Assembly: GCA_963771795.1 (NCBI GenBank)
Contig: CAVYUR010000002.1
Location: 23,557-87,556 of the forward strand
Direction of reading: 5' to 3'
DNA from: an uncultured Chloroflexia bacterium
Lineage (GTDB): Bacteria; Chloroflexota; Limnocylindria; Limnocylindrales; CSP1-4
Length of the DNA: 64,000 nucleotides
The translations under genes and the position numbers were made by a program. The notes beneath the pieces are model-generated. The model made no database searches and was not told the origin of the DNA. It saw only the letters and a list, made by a program, of their open reading frames with translations. Positions within the stretch are counted from its first letter, which is position 1. Every line of letters starts with the position of its first letter. Positions 48,041 through 58,527 of the stretch are shown here, in pieces.

Positions 48041-50536
48041 CGGATGTTCCCTTCGAGCGAGAGGCTGAAGGACATCCCGACACCGTCAGATCGTTCGTTG
48101 ACGAAGCGGACCTGGACCGTGCCCGTCGCGGGATCCACGTACTTGGCCGGGTCCTTCAGGGAGTAGCTCACGCCCTGGCTCAGGTGGGGCAGTCGCCGCC
48201 ACGTGCCCGTCGTCAGGTCCAGGACCTCCATTTCCGGCAATCCGTCGAAGCCGTTCGGGAACGGCTCCTGCGAGGGACACGGCCGGGCGAGACAGACGAC
48301 CGGCGGCTCAGAGGAGGGGAGAGGTTCGATGGGCTGGCCGCCGCCCGCGACCGGCTCGCCGAAGCCCATCGCCAGCAGGACCTTGGTCGCCTCGAACGAG
48401 CCGTCGAACGGGATCGGCCGGTAGGCGAGCGTGACCGTCCCCTGGCCGAAGCTCATCGTGTAGGGGTCCTTGCTGAAGAACGCGGCGTCCGCCGATAGGA
48501 CCGTGCTCCGCATCAGATCCGGTGCAAATGCGGTCTGCCCGCTCACCGACATCGAGACCGGGATGTAGTACAGGATGTTTGCGGATCGAGCCGGCTTCTG
48601 CCCTTCGACGTCGACGGCGAGGAGGCTGTCGCGCCCCCATGCCAGGACGACCGGCCCGTCCGACGGAAGCTGCCCAACGTTGCCCGACATCGGGTCGTAC
48701 GTCAGCTGATCGACGATGCGGTGGCGCGTGGCCGACCGTCGCTGCTTCTCGCTGCTCGCGGCGTTCTCGTTGAAGAAGATCTGACCGAAGATCTTGTCCG
48801 ACAGCGACTGACCGAACTGGCCGCCGGCGACCCGGAGGTTGACGGTGGCCTCCGCCCCTGCCGCGAGATCGGCCAGGACGACGACGTTGCTGCCGAGCAC
48901 GACCGCCGGCGATTCCAGCAGCTTGTCCGAGTCGTTCCGGATCGTGCCCTGGACGACCCCGTTCACCAGCCGGAGGTCCGCATGGATCTTCGGGACGTCG
49001 ACCGGAGTCTCCGCCCTGACTGTCCGGAGCGAGCCGAAGCCGACCGACAGGTTGCGGACCTGGGCAGTGTCCCCCTGGACCACGTCGAGGAGGGCGCCCT
49101 GACCCGCGAAGAAGTCGCCGACGACCGGCGCGGAGAGCAGGGCACCACCGGGGAGCGACAGCTGATACGTGCCGCGCGTCGGCGAGAACACGCCGAGGTA
49201 GACCTGCGCTGTGCCTTCGGTCGCATCCGGTGCGCCGCGTACGATCGCGACCTCGTTGACGATGATGCTGCTGCCGCGCAACGCGTTGCCGAACCCGTAG
49301 GCCCCTACCGCGAAGATCGCGATCAGCACCGGCATCGTCACCCAGGCCCACTCGCGCCGATCGAGACGCCGCAGGACCAGGTAGTTGATCGGGCCGATGA
49401 GGATGATGTAGCCGAGGAGCAGGACAAGCAGCCCGCCGATCGGCGGGAGAGCAAGGGCAGGCAGCTCCGAGACGGCGCCCACGATCTGGCTGTCGTCCCC
49501 GGATCCGATCAACCCCGATGACCGCGGCGGGATCAGGCCTCGCCACATCGCCGTCGTCGAATTCGACTCCGCGATCCAGCCGACCGTCGGATCGATGCCG
49601 AGGACGGTCACCGAGCCGCTGCCGTAGCTGGCGTCTGCGGCGACAACCCGGTCGCCCGACTCGGCCAGGACCCGGCCGCGTGTCAGATCGCCGGCGAGCG
49701 CCGGGACGTCCGTTCTGTCCTTCGGGAGGTCGGTCAGGAGCGACGTCAGCGATTCAGGCGCGACATCGATGGTGTTGATCGGCCGGTACGGCAGGATGTC
49801 GTCGGGGAAGCCGGACAGGACGCCCGGGTCCTGCGGTTCCGCCGACGATGATCAATCGGCCGCCGAGAGCGAGCCAGCCCCGTAGCGCGGCAATCTGGCG
49901 ATCCGTCAGCGTGTTCGTGTCGACGTCCTGCCAGATGAGGCGATCCAGCGCGGACCAGGCCTCGATCCGCTCTGGCAGATCGGTCGGGTCGAGCGGAATG
50001 AGGACCGGCTGGGAATTGTTCGGACCGGCCGGGAGGTGGATGCCCGCGACGATTCCCTGGGACTGAGCCGCAACGACGCCGACCGTCAGCTGAAATGCGT
50101 CGTGGATCGTGAACGCGACCTTCTGCGCAGCCACGACGTTGCCGTTGTCGGCGACCAGCTGGATCTCGAGCTGCTGCCCGAACGAGGGGGGCTGGGCGTG
50201 GAGGACGAACCGCTTGTCCGCCGGACTCGCCAGGTCGACCGGCACGGAGAACCGCGTGCCGCCCTGGGCACCGCCCTGCAGCCGGAGCTCGCCGACGACC
50301 GGAGGGCCATCGTTCGTGAGGCGAACCTCGATCGCGAGCCAGGAGCCGATGCGCGCGTGGCCCTCGAGGAGGACGCGCGCTTCCATCTGGGGCCCGTCCG
50401 CCGCCGCGGCGAGGGGAGCAACTGGGCCGGCCACCGCCCAGAACAGGACGCCGACCAGCGCGATGCGTGCGGCGAACCATCGGGGAGACCGGGACACGGC
50501 GACTCCAGGCACGGGTAAGAGATACGGTCCCAGCAT
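48037..50536 (-). CDS. Large exported/membrane protein of the MoxR-VWA-ABC operon; apparent +1 frameshift near 49825; start uncertain
   Basis: Removing one base at GGACCCGGGCGTC joins ORF 49754-50536 to ORF 48037-49611 (AGPGVLSGFPDDILPYRP...GSGSVTVLG). Signal-like N-terminus and two internal TM helices. Confidence 0.75.
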
Positions 50537-50720
50537 CGACGTCCGGCTCCCCCGAAAAGTTGCGTTCCCGGCTCGACGGTGCCCGCTCTCGACCCGTTGA
50601 CGGCAGCGCCGTCGCCTCTATCGTACGATGCTCCCACGGCAGCACCTCTCGGGCGGTCCCTTTCGCAGGTCGGCCCCAGTCCGCTCCGAGCGCCGTCATC
50701 GCACTCGCCTGAGGGAGGCC

Positions 50721-52040
50721 GTGCCCGAGATCCGTCCGTTTCGCGCCCTGCGCTACGACCCCGAATCGGTCGGCGACCTGGCGGCGGTTGTTGCGCCGCC
50801 CTACGACGTCATCGATCCGGAGAACGAAGCGCGGCTGCTCGCGCGGCATCCGAAGAACGTCGTCCGGCTCGACCTGCCGAGCATTGCGCCGGGGGAGGAG
50901 CCCGACGAGCGGTATCGACGCGCGGCCCGCACGCTCGCGGCATGGCGCTCGGACGGGACGTTCCACAAGGACCCCCGCTCGGCGATCTACGTCTACGAGC
51001 AGACCTACCGGGTCCCCGGAACCGACACGGAGCGGACCCAGCGAGGGTTCTTCGGCCGGCTGCGCCTCGAGTCGTTCGGGCCGGGAGCCGGGATCCTGCC
51101 TCACGAGCGCACGCTCGAGGGTCCGCGCGAGGACCGGTATCGGCTGCTCCGCGCCACCGGCGTCAATACGAGCCCGGTCGTCGGGCTGTATGACGACGCG
51201 TCCGGCAGCACCGCGGCGATCCTAGCCACGATTGCAGGCCGCAAGGCCGCGATCGACCTCCGCGACGACGACGGCGTCCGCCACCGGCTGTGGGTCGTCG
51301 AGGCCGAGGGCGAGGCCGCGGACCACGTCACGCGCCTGCTTGGCGCCGTGGCAGCCGGGCCCGTCACGATCGCCGACGGTCACCATCGCTACGAGACTGC
51401 GGTCCGCTACCGCGACGAGCGACGAATGTCGCGATCGTGCGAGGAGGATCCGGCGTTCGACTACCTGCTGACGCTCCTGCTCGAAACGACAGCCGAGCCG
51501 CTCACGGTCCTCCCGACCCATCGAATCGTGCGCGGGCTGGGCCGCGAGGGCCTGGCTCGGCTTCGCGACGGGCTTGATGAGCTGTTCGAGTCGCGATCGG
51601 CCGGTCGGGCGGAGCTGGAGCGGACGTTCGGCAACGGACTTGCAGAGGGTGGCGCCGGTCGCTTCGGGCTCTGGACGCGCGACGGCGGATCGCTCCTGAC
51701 GGCGCGCCGCGACGCGTTCAGTGGCGCCGGATCCGACGCTGCCGATGCGGTCAGGCATCTCGACGTCTGGCTCCTCGGCGTCGCCCTGGAGCGTCTCTGT
51801 GGCATCGACGATGCGGCCGTGGCCGGCGGTGACCGGATCGCCTACACGAAGTCGGCCTCGGAGGCGATCGCCCGGGTTGAAGGGTCCGTCGACGGCGCCG
51901 ACGTCGCGTTCCTGCTCGAGCCGACGCCCGTGCCATCGATCACATCGGTCGCCCGGTCCGGCGAGGTTATGCCGCAGAAGTCGACCTATTTCTACCCGAA
52001 AGCCCTGACCGGGCTCGTCATCAACCCGCACGAATGGTGA
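50721..52040 (+). CDS. DUF1015 family protein
   Basis: PEIRPFRALRY, APPYDVI, ILPHERT, IADGHHRYETA, MPQKSTYFYPK. GGGAGG SD before GTG 50721. Confidence 0.88.
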   Translation: MPEIRPFRALRYDPESVGDLAAVVAPPYDVIDPENEARLLARHPKNVVRLDLPSIAPGEEPDERYRRAARTLAAWRSDGTFHKDPRSAIYVYEQTYRVPGTDTERTQRGFFGRLRLESFGPGAGILPHERTLEGPREDRYRLLRATGVNTSPVVGLYDDASGSTAAILATIAGRKAAIDLRDDDGVRHRLWVVEAEGEAADHVTRLLGAVAAGPVTIADGHHRYETAVRYRDERRMSRSCEEDPAFDYLLTLLLETTAEPLTVLPTHRIVRGLGREGLARLRDGLDELFESRSAGRAELERTFGNGLAEGGAGRFGLWTRDGGSLLTARRDAFSGAGSDAADAVRHLDVWLLGVALERLCGIDDAAVAGGDRIAYTKSASEAIARVEGSVDGADVAFLLEPTPVPSITSVARSGEVMPQKSTYFYPKALTGLVINPHEW

Positions 52041-52062
52041 AACGACCGATGGTGGACCGCCA

Positions 52063-52938
52063 ATGACCGAGACCACGCCCGACCACATCCTTGCCCGAGC
52101 CCAGGTACAAAGCGCGGGTCGACCGGTGCGCAAGGACGAGATCGAGCTAGTTGAACGCGGCCTGTACATCGAGTCGTGGCTGCCAGAGCGCCGCTCTCGC
52201 CGCAAGCCGCTGCTCTTCATCCACGGCGAGCTGACCGGTTCGTGGGTGTGGGAACGGTATCTCGGGTACTTCGCGGGGCGCGGCTGGGAAGGGCACGCGC
52301 TCAACCTGCAGAACCACTTTTGGTCGCGCACCGTCGATCCGACCGAGCTGTCGTTCGAGACATACACGGAAGACGTCGTCGCTGCGCTCGAGCGGCTCGG
52401 CCCGACGACGGTGATCGTCGGCCACGGGATGGGCGGATTGCTCGCGCTGAAGGCCGCCGAGCGCATGGCGATCAGCGGGATCATTCTCATCTCGTCGGAA
52501 CTGCCGCGCGACCTGCGGGTGCCGGCCCGCTCGCACGAGCTGCGAGAGGTGCCGGCGGTCTACGGCCGGTCGCTCGCCGGCTGGGCGACCCTGCCAGAGA
52601 AACTCCAGCGCGACCACCGCGACCTGACGCTCGACGACGTGATGCGCATCCAGCACCTGCTCGGCCAGAAGCCGCACGAGAGCGGTGCCGCCCGACGGCA
52701 GGTCCTCCAGGGCGTCTCGGTGGATCGCCGGCCGCTCGCCGAGGTCCCAAAGCTGGTCATCGGCGGCGGGCTCGACCAGACGGTGCCGGAGGAGGCGTCC
52801 GAGCGGCTCGCGGAATGGCTCGGGGCCGAGTACGAGCCGTTCGGGGCTCACTCTCACTACGGGCTGATTCTCGGCGAAGCCAGCCACCAGCAGGTCGCCG
52901 AAGCGATCCGCAGCTTCCTGGACGCCAACCGCCTCTGA
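52063..52938 (+). CDS. Alpha/beta fold hydrolase-like protein
   Basis: PLLFIHG, VGHGMGG (Gly replaces the usual nucleophile Ser of GxSxG), D-x-x-V and late His (AHSHYG). Confidence 0.7.
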   Translation: MTETTPDHILARAQVQSAGRPVRKDEIELVERGLYIESWLPERRSRRKPLLFIHGELTGSWVWERYLGYFAGRGWEGHALNLQNHFWSRTVDPTELSFETYTEDVVAALERLGPTTVIVGHGMGGLLALKAAERMAISGIILISSELPRDLRVPARSHELREVPAVYGRSLAGWATLPEKLQRDHRDLTLDDVMRIQHLLGQKPHESGAARRQVLQGVSVDRRPLAEVPKLVIGGGLDQTVPEEASERLAEWLGAEYEPFGAHSHYGLILGEASHQQVAEAIRSFLDANRL

Positions 52939-52962
52939 GCCTTGGCGTCGAACGCGGGTCGT

Positions 52963-52971
52963 TGGTATCAT
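52963..52971 (+). promoter_or_regulatory. Extended -10 (TGnTATCAT) upstream of tRNA-Glu
   Basis: TGGTATCAT about 43 nt upstream of the mature tRNA 5' end. Confidence 0.5.
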
Positions 52972-53014
52972 CCCGACGGCTGCGACGGGTCCTCCCCCGG
53001 ACGCGCCAAGCGGC

Positions 53015-53091
53015 GCCGCATTCGTCTAGAGGCCCAGGACACCGCCCTCTCAAGGCGGAGATCACCGGTTCGAATCCGGTATGCGGTACCA
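53015..53091 (+). tRNA. tRNA-Glu (anticodon CUC)
   Basis: Acceptor stem GCCGCAT/ATGCGGT, anticodon arm CCGCC-CTCTCAA-GGCGG, T-loop GGTTCGAATCC, encoded CCA. Confidence 0.97.
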
Positions 53092-53216
53092 AACCTCCGG
53101 CTCAACCCTTCCGGGTGAGGCCATGCTCGCCGCCAGCCGACGGTTGCCGGGATCGAGACGCGCGCGAGACGGCCCTGGGCGATGGTGCTGACCGCTCGAA
53201 CCAAGGAGGAACCGGC

Positions 53217-54329
53217 ATGACGCTCCACGAACGTAAGACCACGGCGCCTGATGACCAAGCCCTGGCCGGCATCCGGATGTGTATCGACCGGCGACTGCCG
53301 CGTGAGGACGTCCCGGCGGCCGAGGCGGCCGCGATCGAGGAGCGGCCGGACAACCTGCGGCTCGTCCCGATCCGGCGAGGCAATGGTCCCGTCCAGTCGC
53401 GGATGGCGATCATCATCGCCAGCCTGTGGAAGCCCGGCTCCACGCTCCACGTCAAGTTCCTCGATGGCGACACGCTCGTGAAACAGAAGGTCGAGATGGT
53501 CGCCCACGGCTGGGAGGACGAGGCGAATGTCCGGTTCGTGTTCGACGACCAGGCCGACGCCGAGATCCGCATCAGCTTCCTCCAGGAAGGCTCGTGGTCA
53601 TACCTCGGCAAGGACGCCCTCCAGATCCCCGCCAGCGAGCCGACGATGAACTACGGCTGGCTGACGCCCGACTCCGAAGACGACGAGTACTCACGGGTCG
53701 TCCTCCACGAGTTCGGCCACGCGCTTGGCGCCGTCCACGAGCACCAGAGCCCCGCCGTCACAATTCCGTGGGACCAGAAAGCGGTCTACGCGTACTACGC
53801 CCTTCAGGGCTGGTCGAAGGAGGACACGAACCACAACGTCCTCCTCCCGTACAGCCCGGAGGGGATGCAGTTCTCCGAGTTCGACCGCAAGTCGATCATG
53901 CTCTACGCGGTCGACAACCGCCTGACCCTCGGCGACTTCGAGGTCGGCTGGAATCGCGAACTGTCCGAGCAGGACAGGGCGTTCATCCGGAGTCGCTATC
54001 CCGCCGATGAGAAGCCGATCGCGGAACTCGCGATCGGGGCAACGCCGACGGACGCCGCAATCGGCACGGCCGGCGAGATCGACTGGTTCAAGTTCGTGGT
54101 CGACAAGGCCGGCAGCTTCATCATCCGCACCTCCGGCACCACGGACGTCGTCATGAGCCTCCACGGTCCGGGCAGCCAGACGCCCCTGATTGCGTTCGAC
54201 GACGACTCGGGCATCGGCCTGAACGCAAAGATCCAGCGGCGGCTCAACGCGGGAACCTACTTCGTCCAGGTCCGGCACTACGGCCGCACCGGCGTCGGGA
54301 ACTACCAGGTCTCCGTCAAGAAGCGCTGA
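53217..54329 (+). CDS. Astacin/M12-like zinc metallopeptidase with C-terminal PPC domain
   Basis: HEFGHALGAVHEHQ zincin motif, SIMLY Met-turn, PPC-like tail (DDDSG.GLNAKI...GTYFVQV). AAGGAGG SD. Confidence 0.85.
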   Translation: MTLHERKTTAPDDQALAGIRMCIDRRLPREDVPAAEAAAIEERPDNLRLVPIRRGNGPVQSRMAIIIASLWKPGSTLHVKFLDGDTLVKQKVEMVAHGWEDEANVRFVFDDQADAEIRISFLQEGSWSYLGKDALQIPASEPTMNYGWLTPDSEDDEYSRVVLHEFGHALGAVHEHQSPAVTIPWDQKAVYAYYALQGWSKEDTNHNVLLPYSPEGMQFSEFDRKSIMLYAVDNRLTLGDFEVGWNRELSEQDRAFIRSRYPADEKPIAELAIGATPTDAAIGTAGEIDWFKFVVDKAGSFIIRTSGTTDVVMSLHGPGSQTPLIAFDDDSGIGLNAKIQRRLNAGTYFVQVRHYGRTGVGNYQVSVKKR

Positions 54330-54345
54330 CCGGCGCGGGCGTCTG

Positions 54346-54798
54346 TCAAGCGGGACCGGGCTCGAACGACGACTCGATCGCGGTCCGGATCGCTTCGAGT
54401 GCGCCGGTGACCTCCGCGTACTTGACGCGGTCGGCGAGGTCGCCGGCGCCGCTGTCGATCAGCAGCGCGCGCAGGTTCGTCAGGCGGTCGATGACGAAGC
54501 CGACGGGGTCGGCGGTCAGGCGATCGTCGAACGACCGTTCGCCCACGTCGCCCTTCTCGAAGTGGGGGTGGTAGTGGTAGATCACCTCACCGTTCTGGTC
54601 CCGGAACAGGTCCGCTCGCCAGATCCCCTCGCTGACCGGCAGCAGCCGCAGCCCTGCCACGCCGGCCGCCGCGTCGCCAATCTCCTCGTGCTCCACACGC
54701 CGGATCTCGACCCTCGCGCCGGACTCGGTGTCGACGCCGCGCTGGATCCAATGGCCGACGGTGATCGCGATCGGCCCGACGATGTAGGCGTGCAGCAC
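54346..54798 (-). CDS. Hypothetical protein
   Basis: AAGGAGG SD before GTG. GC-typical codon pattern. No family recognised. Confidence 0.6.
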   Translation of the reverse strand: MLHAYIVGPIAITVGHWIQRGVDTESGARVEIRRVEHEEIGDAAAGVAGLRLLPVSEGIWRADLFRDQNGEVIYHYHPHFEKGDVGERSFDDRLTADPVGFVIDRLTNLRALLIDSGAGDLADRVKYAEVTGALEAIRTAIESSFEPGPA

Positions 54799-54827
54799 GT
54801 CGACGTCTCCTCCTTCGAGTGGCTATC

Positions 54828-55730
54828 TCAGCCGCGACGCGTCGATCGCGGGTCGAGCGCGTCGCGAACGCCATCGCCGATGAAGTTCACGGCCAGCACG
54901 AGCAGCGCGATCACGACACCGGGCGGGACCCAGATCCACGGCAGGCCCTGGAGGGTCGATGGCGCCGTTGCTGCGTTGATCATTTCCCCGAGGCTCGGCA
55001 CGGGCGGGCGGACGCCGAGGCCAAGGAACGACAGCGACGCCTCAAGGAGAATCGCCTGGGCGACACCGAACGTGGCGACGACCGTCAGCGGACCGAAGAT
55101 GTTTGGCAGGAGATGGCGGATGGCGATCTCGCGGCTGCTCGTGCCGACGACGCGACTTGCCGTGATGAACTCTGCCTCTCGGAGCGAGAGGAGCTGCCCG
55201 CGGACGACACGCGTCGTATGTGGCCAGCCGAGCAGGCCGATGACCGCGATGACGGAGACGAGCCCCGGCCCGACGATCGAAATGAAGACGATGCAGAGCA
55301 GGATGAGGGGGAGCGCCAGTAGCGTGTCCGTGAGGCGCATGACGAGCTGGTCGCGGATCCCGCCCGAGAAGCCGGCGACCATCCCAAGGGTGGTGCCGAC
55401 CAGCATGTAGAGGGCAACGGCTCCGAAGCCGACGACGAGCGAGATCCGGGTGCCATGGACGACGCGGGCGAGGACGTCACGCCCGGACAGGTCGGCGCCG
55501 AGCGGGTGGCCTGGGCCCGGTGGCTGGCGGATCGCGCCGTAATCCGTCTTGAGTGGGTCGAGCGGGACGAGGAAGGGCGCGACCACGGCGGTCACGACGA
55601 TGACGGCCAGGATCACGACCCCGACGATCGCGAGGCGGTGGCGGAGGAATCGCCGGACGGCCTGGCGAACGAGACTCTCGTGCGCTCCCGCGACGATCTG
55701 GCGGGGGATGCTCTCAGCGTCGGCCGACAT
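54828..55730 (-). CDS. Oligopeptide/dipeptide ABC permease (OppC/DppC type)
   Basis: HPLGADLSGRD, EAA loop EFITASRVVG, HLLPN, EASLSFLGLG, NFIGDGVRDALDP. Confidence 0.9.
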   Translation of the reverse strand: MSADAESIPRQIVAGAHESLVRQAVRRFLRHRLAIVGVVILAVIVVTAVVAPFLVPLDPLKTDYGAIRQPPGPGHPLGADLSGRDVLARVVHGTRISLVVGFGAVALYMLVGTTLGMVAGFSGGIRDQLVMRLTDTLLALPLILLCIVFISIVGPGLVSVIAVIGLLGWPHTTRVVRGQLLSLREAEFITASRVVGTSSREIAIRHLLPNIFGPLTVVATFGVAQAILLEASLSFLGLGVRPPVPSLGEMINAATAPSTLQGLPWIWVPPGVVIALLVLAVNFIGDGVRDALDPRSTRRG

Positions 55731-56685
55731 AGCGAATCCTCGGGTCGGCGACTGAGTAGGCAAAGTCCGCCATGATGCTTGCGATGATCGTGAACGTCCC
55801 CACGATCAGGACTACGCCCATCATCAAGGCCGGATCGCGGTCGCGGGCGGCCCGGACGGCGAGCTGACCGAGGCCCGGCCAGTTGAACACCGTCTCGGTG
55901 ATCACAGCACCGGCGATGAGTTCCGGCAGAAGGATTGCCAGGATCGTGATGACCGGGATCAGCGCGTTGCGCAACGCATGGCGGACCAGCACGACGCGAC
56001 TGATGAGGCCCTTCGCTCGAGCGGTCGTGATGTATTCGGTGCCGAGTACCTCGAGCATGCTCGCCCGCGTGTAGCGCATGAGCTGCGCGGCATTGGCGAG
56101 GCCGAGGATCATCGCGGGCATCACGATGTGGGCGATCCGGTCGACGACGTCGTGTTCCTTGCCGAACGTGAACAGCTCGCCGACCGGCAGGACCTTGAAC
56201 GTGACCCCAAAGAGGTAGAGCGCGACGAGCCCCAGGACGAAGGTGGGCGTGCTGATCAGCAGGATCGTGAACCCGGACAGGGCGTAATCGACTCGGCCGT
56301 ACTGGTTCACGGCGGACAACACGCCGAATGGCAGGCCCACGAGCAATGCGATCAGCGCCGCGACGACCATCAGCGTCAGGGACGGCCCAAACCGGGAGGC
56401 AACCTCCGCGGCGATCGGGCGCCCACTCACGATCGAGTAGCCGAGGTTCCCCTGGACGACGTCGCCCAGCCAGCGGACGTAGCGGATCGGGATGGGCTGG
56501 TCGAGGCCGAGATCGCGACGACGCGCCTCGATGTCGGCCGGGGTCAGCCGGGCAAGAACCTCGGGATCGAGGCGCGCGAGCACGGGATCGCCCGGTGCCG
56601 CCGACAGCACGAAGAAGGCGGCGATCGTGATCCCGATCAGGACCGGGAAGGCGATGAACAGCCGGCGGAGGAAGTACGCGGCCAC
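55714..56685 (-). CDS. Oligopeptide/dipeptide ABC permease (OppB/DppB type)
   Basis: PGDPV, LGLDQP, EYITTARAKGL, RHALRNA, ETVFNWPGLG, DPRIR. Confidence 0.9.
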   Translation of the reverse strand: MAAYFLRRLFIAFPVLIGITIAAFFVLSAAPGDPVLARLDPEVLARLTPADIEARRRDLGLDQPIPIRYVRWLGDVVQGNLGYSIVSGRPIAAEVASRFGPSLTLMVVAALIALLVGLPFGVLSAVNQYGRVDYALSGFTILLISTPTFVLGLVALYLFGVTFKVLPVGELFTFGKEHDVVDRIAHIVMPAMILGLANAAQLMRYTRASMLEVLGTEYITTARAKGLISRVVLVRHALRNALIPVITILAILLPELIAGAVITETVFNWPGLGQLAVRAARDRDPALMMGVVLIVGTFTIIASIMADFAYSVADPRIRYVGRR

Positions 56686-56702
56686 GCGACCTCGCGATAC
56701 GT

Positions 56703-56734
56703 GGCGGCACCCGCCGTGACCGGCGGGTGCCGCC
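56703..56734 (-). promoter_or_regulatory. Intercistronic 14-bp hairpin between the binding-protein and permease genes (mRNA stabiliser/attenuator)
   Basis: GGCGGCACCCGCCG-tgac-CGGCGGGTGCCGCC. Such hairpins are a known feature of ABC operons. Confidence 0.7.
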
Positions 56735-56764
56735 CGTGGTTCTACCGCCTTGCGGCGGCGGTCA

Positions 56765-58423
56765 TTACTGGAGCGTCCAGGTCTCGACGTCCATGAACGA
56801 CTCGCGCTCGTTCAGGTGGATGTCGAAGCCGCCACCAAGGCTCTTCGACGCCACCATCACAAGGTCCGCCGAGTAGAGGTTGGCCTGCGGAACGTCCTCG
56901 TTGAGAATCTTCGCGAGCTCGTGGTAGAGCTCGTCCTGCTTGGCCGGATCGGCCGTCGCACGACCCTCCGCCCAGAGCTCGAAGATCCGGGGGTTGGTGT
57001 ACCCGGATTCTGTCTTGCCCTCCGTGGTGAAGTACTGGGCGGATCGGTCAGGTGACAGGCCCTCGCTTCCGCCGGAGGCGATGAAGCCGTCCCACTGGGT
57101 CCGGTCGTTGTACTTCGCGAGATAGGTCTCGTTGTCCGTCGGGACGAGCTCGACGGTGACGCCGGCCGCCTGCAGGTCGCTCTGGATGAGCGGCATGATC
57201 GCGGTCGCATCCGGGAATGTCTGGTTGTAGAGGAGCCGGAACGGCTCGCCTTTGTAGCCGCCGTCGGCGAGGAGCTGCTTCGCCGTGTCGACGTTGTACT
57301 CGTACTTGTTGAGGTCCGGGTATTCCGCGAAGCCGGGTGGGTTGATCAGGACCTTGGCCCGGCCCTTGTAGAAGTCTGCGACGATCGCCGCACGGTTGAT
57401 CGCGGTATAGAACGCCTGGCGGACCCGCTTGTCACTCCAGGGTGCAGCCTCCGTCTTGAACACGATGCGGAGGATCCCGGGGTTGGCGGCCGAGATGACA
57501 TTGAGCGAATCGATGGCGGACAGCCGGTCGAATTCACCCGGGGAGACGCGGAACGCCAGGTCCAGGTCGCCAAATTCGAGCTGGGCGACGGCCAGCGCCG
57601 GGTCGGCGAACAGCTTGAAGATGATCTTCCCGATCTTCGGCGCGCCCTTGAAGTAGTCGGGGTTTGCATCGAGCTCGACCGACTGGTCGGCGACGAAGTT
57701 CGTGAGCTTGTATGGACCGGTCCCGATCGTGGCACCGGGCTTGCCGAGGGTGAAGTCCACCTTCTCGACGTCGGCCTTGGTGACGTCCTTGAGGATGTGC
57801 TCCGGCAGGATCACGTTGGCCATGTCCGTGATGCTGTAGAGGAACCGCGCGTTCGGCGCGGCCAGCGTCACCTCGACGGTCGAGTCGTCGATCTTCTTGA
57901 GTCCCTCGGGCGTGTTCGTCGTGCCGAGGACGGCCTCGGCACCCTTGATCTGGTTCCAGGCAGGCAGGAAGCCCTTGAAGGCGTCGTAGTTCTGCACGGT
58001 CCAATTGATCGTGAACATCACGTCGTCGGCGTTGAACGCCTCGCCGTCATGCCACTTCGCGTTGTCGACGAGATGGAACGTGTAGACCGTCGCGTCCGGC
58101 GACACGTCGAATGTCTCGGCCAGATCGCCAACGACCGTCTTCGAGTCGGCCTCGGCTTCGACGAGCGTGTTGAAGACCGCGCTCCACCACTGGAACTGGT
58201 TGCCGGTCTGGAACTCGACCGGGTGCCAGAAGTTGTAGTGGTCCGCGAGGCGGGCGACCTGCAGCACGGAGTCGCCGGTGCCGCCCGATGGCTGCTCCGA
58301 CGGAGCAGCGGACGCGGAACCCGAGGGAGCGGCGCCGGACGGCGACGCAGTGGTGGCCGGGGCCGCGCAGGCCCCGACGAGCAGGGCGATCGCGATCCCG
58401 ATCGCTGGTAGACGCAGTCGCAT
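56765..58423 (-). CDS. ABC substrate-binding lipoprotein, family 5 (OppA/DppA type)
   Basis: Lipobox LVGAC, DLAETFDVSPD..YTFHL...WHDG, GTGPYKL, NPDYFKG.PKI. Start at ATG 58423 behind AGGAGG. Confidence 0.9.
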   Translation of the reverse strand: MRLRLPAIGIAIALLVGACAAPATTASPSGAAPSGSASAAPSEQPSGGTGDSVLQVARLADHYNFWHPVEFQTGNQFQWWSAVFNTLVEAEADSKTVVGDLAETFDVSPDATVYTFHLVDNAKWHDGEAFNADDVMFTINWTVQNYDAFKGFLPAWNQIKGAEAVLGTTNTPEGLKKIDDSTVEVTLAAPNARFLYSITDMANVILPEHILKDVTKADVEKVDFTLGKPGATIGTGPYKLTNFVADQSVELDANPDYFKGAPKIGKIIFKLFADPALAVAQLEFGDLDLAFRVSPGEFDRLSAIDSLNVISAANPGILRIVFKTEAAPWSDKRVRQAFYTAINRAAIVADFYKGRAKVLINPPGFAEYPDLNKYEYNVDTAKQLLADGGYKGEPFRLLYNQTFPDATAIMPLIQSDLQAAGVTVELVPTDNETYLAKYNDRTQWDGFIASGGSEGLSPDRSAQYFTTEGKTESGYTNPRIFELWAEGRATADPAKQDELYHELAKILNEDVPQANLYSADLVMVASKSLGGGFDIHLNERESFMDVETWTLQ

Positions 58424-58527
58424 CAGTCGTCCTCCTGTCGATGAATTCCGCCGGGTCTGGTTCCGATGGTCCAGAGCTCCTCCCATGTGCGCCTCCTTCC
58501 ACGATGGTATCCAGGTAGATGGTCGGT

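Noticed and set aside
53015-54798. Integrative element at tRNA-Glu
   Set aside because: No duplicated tRNA 3' end (att) and no integrase in the window.
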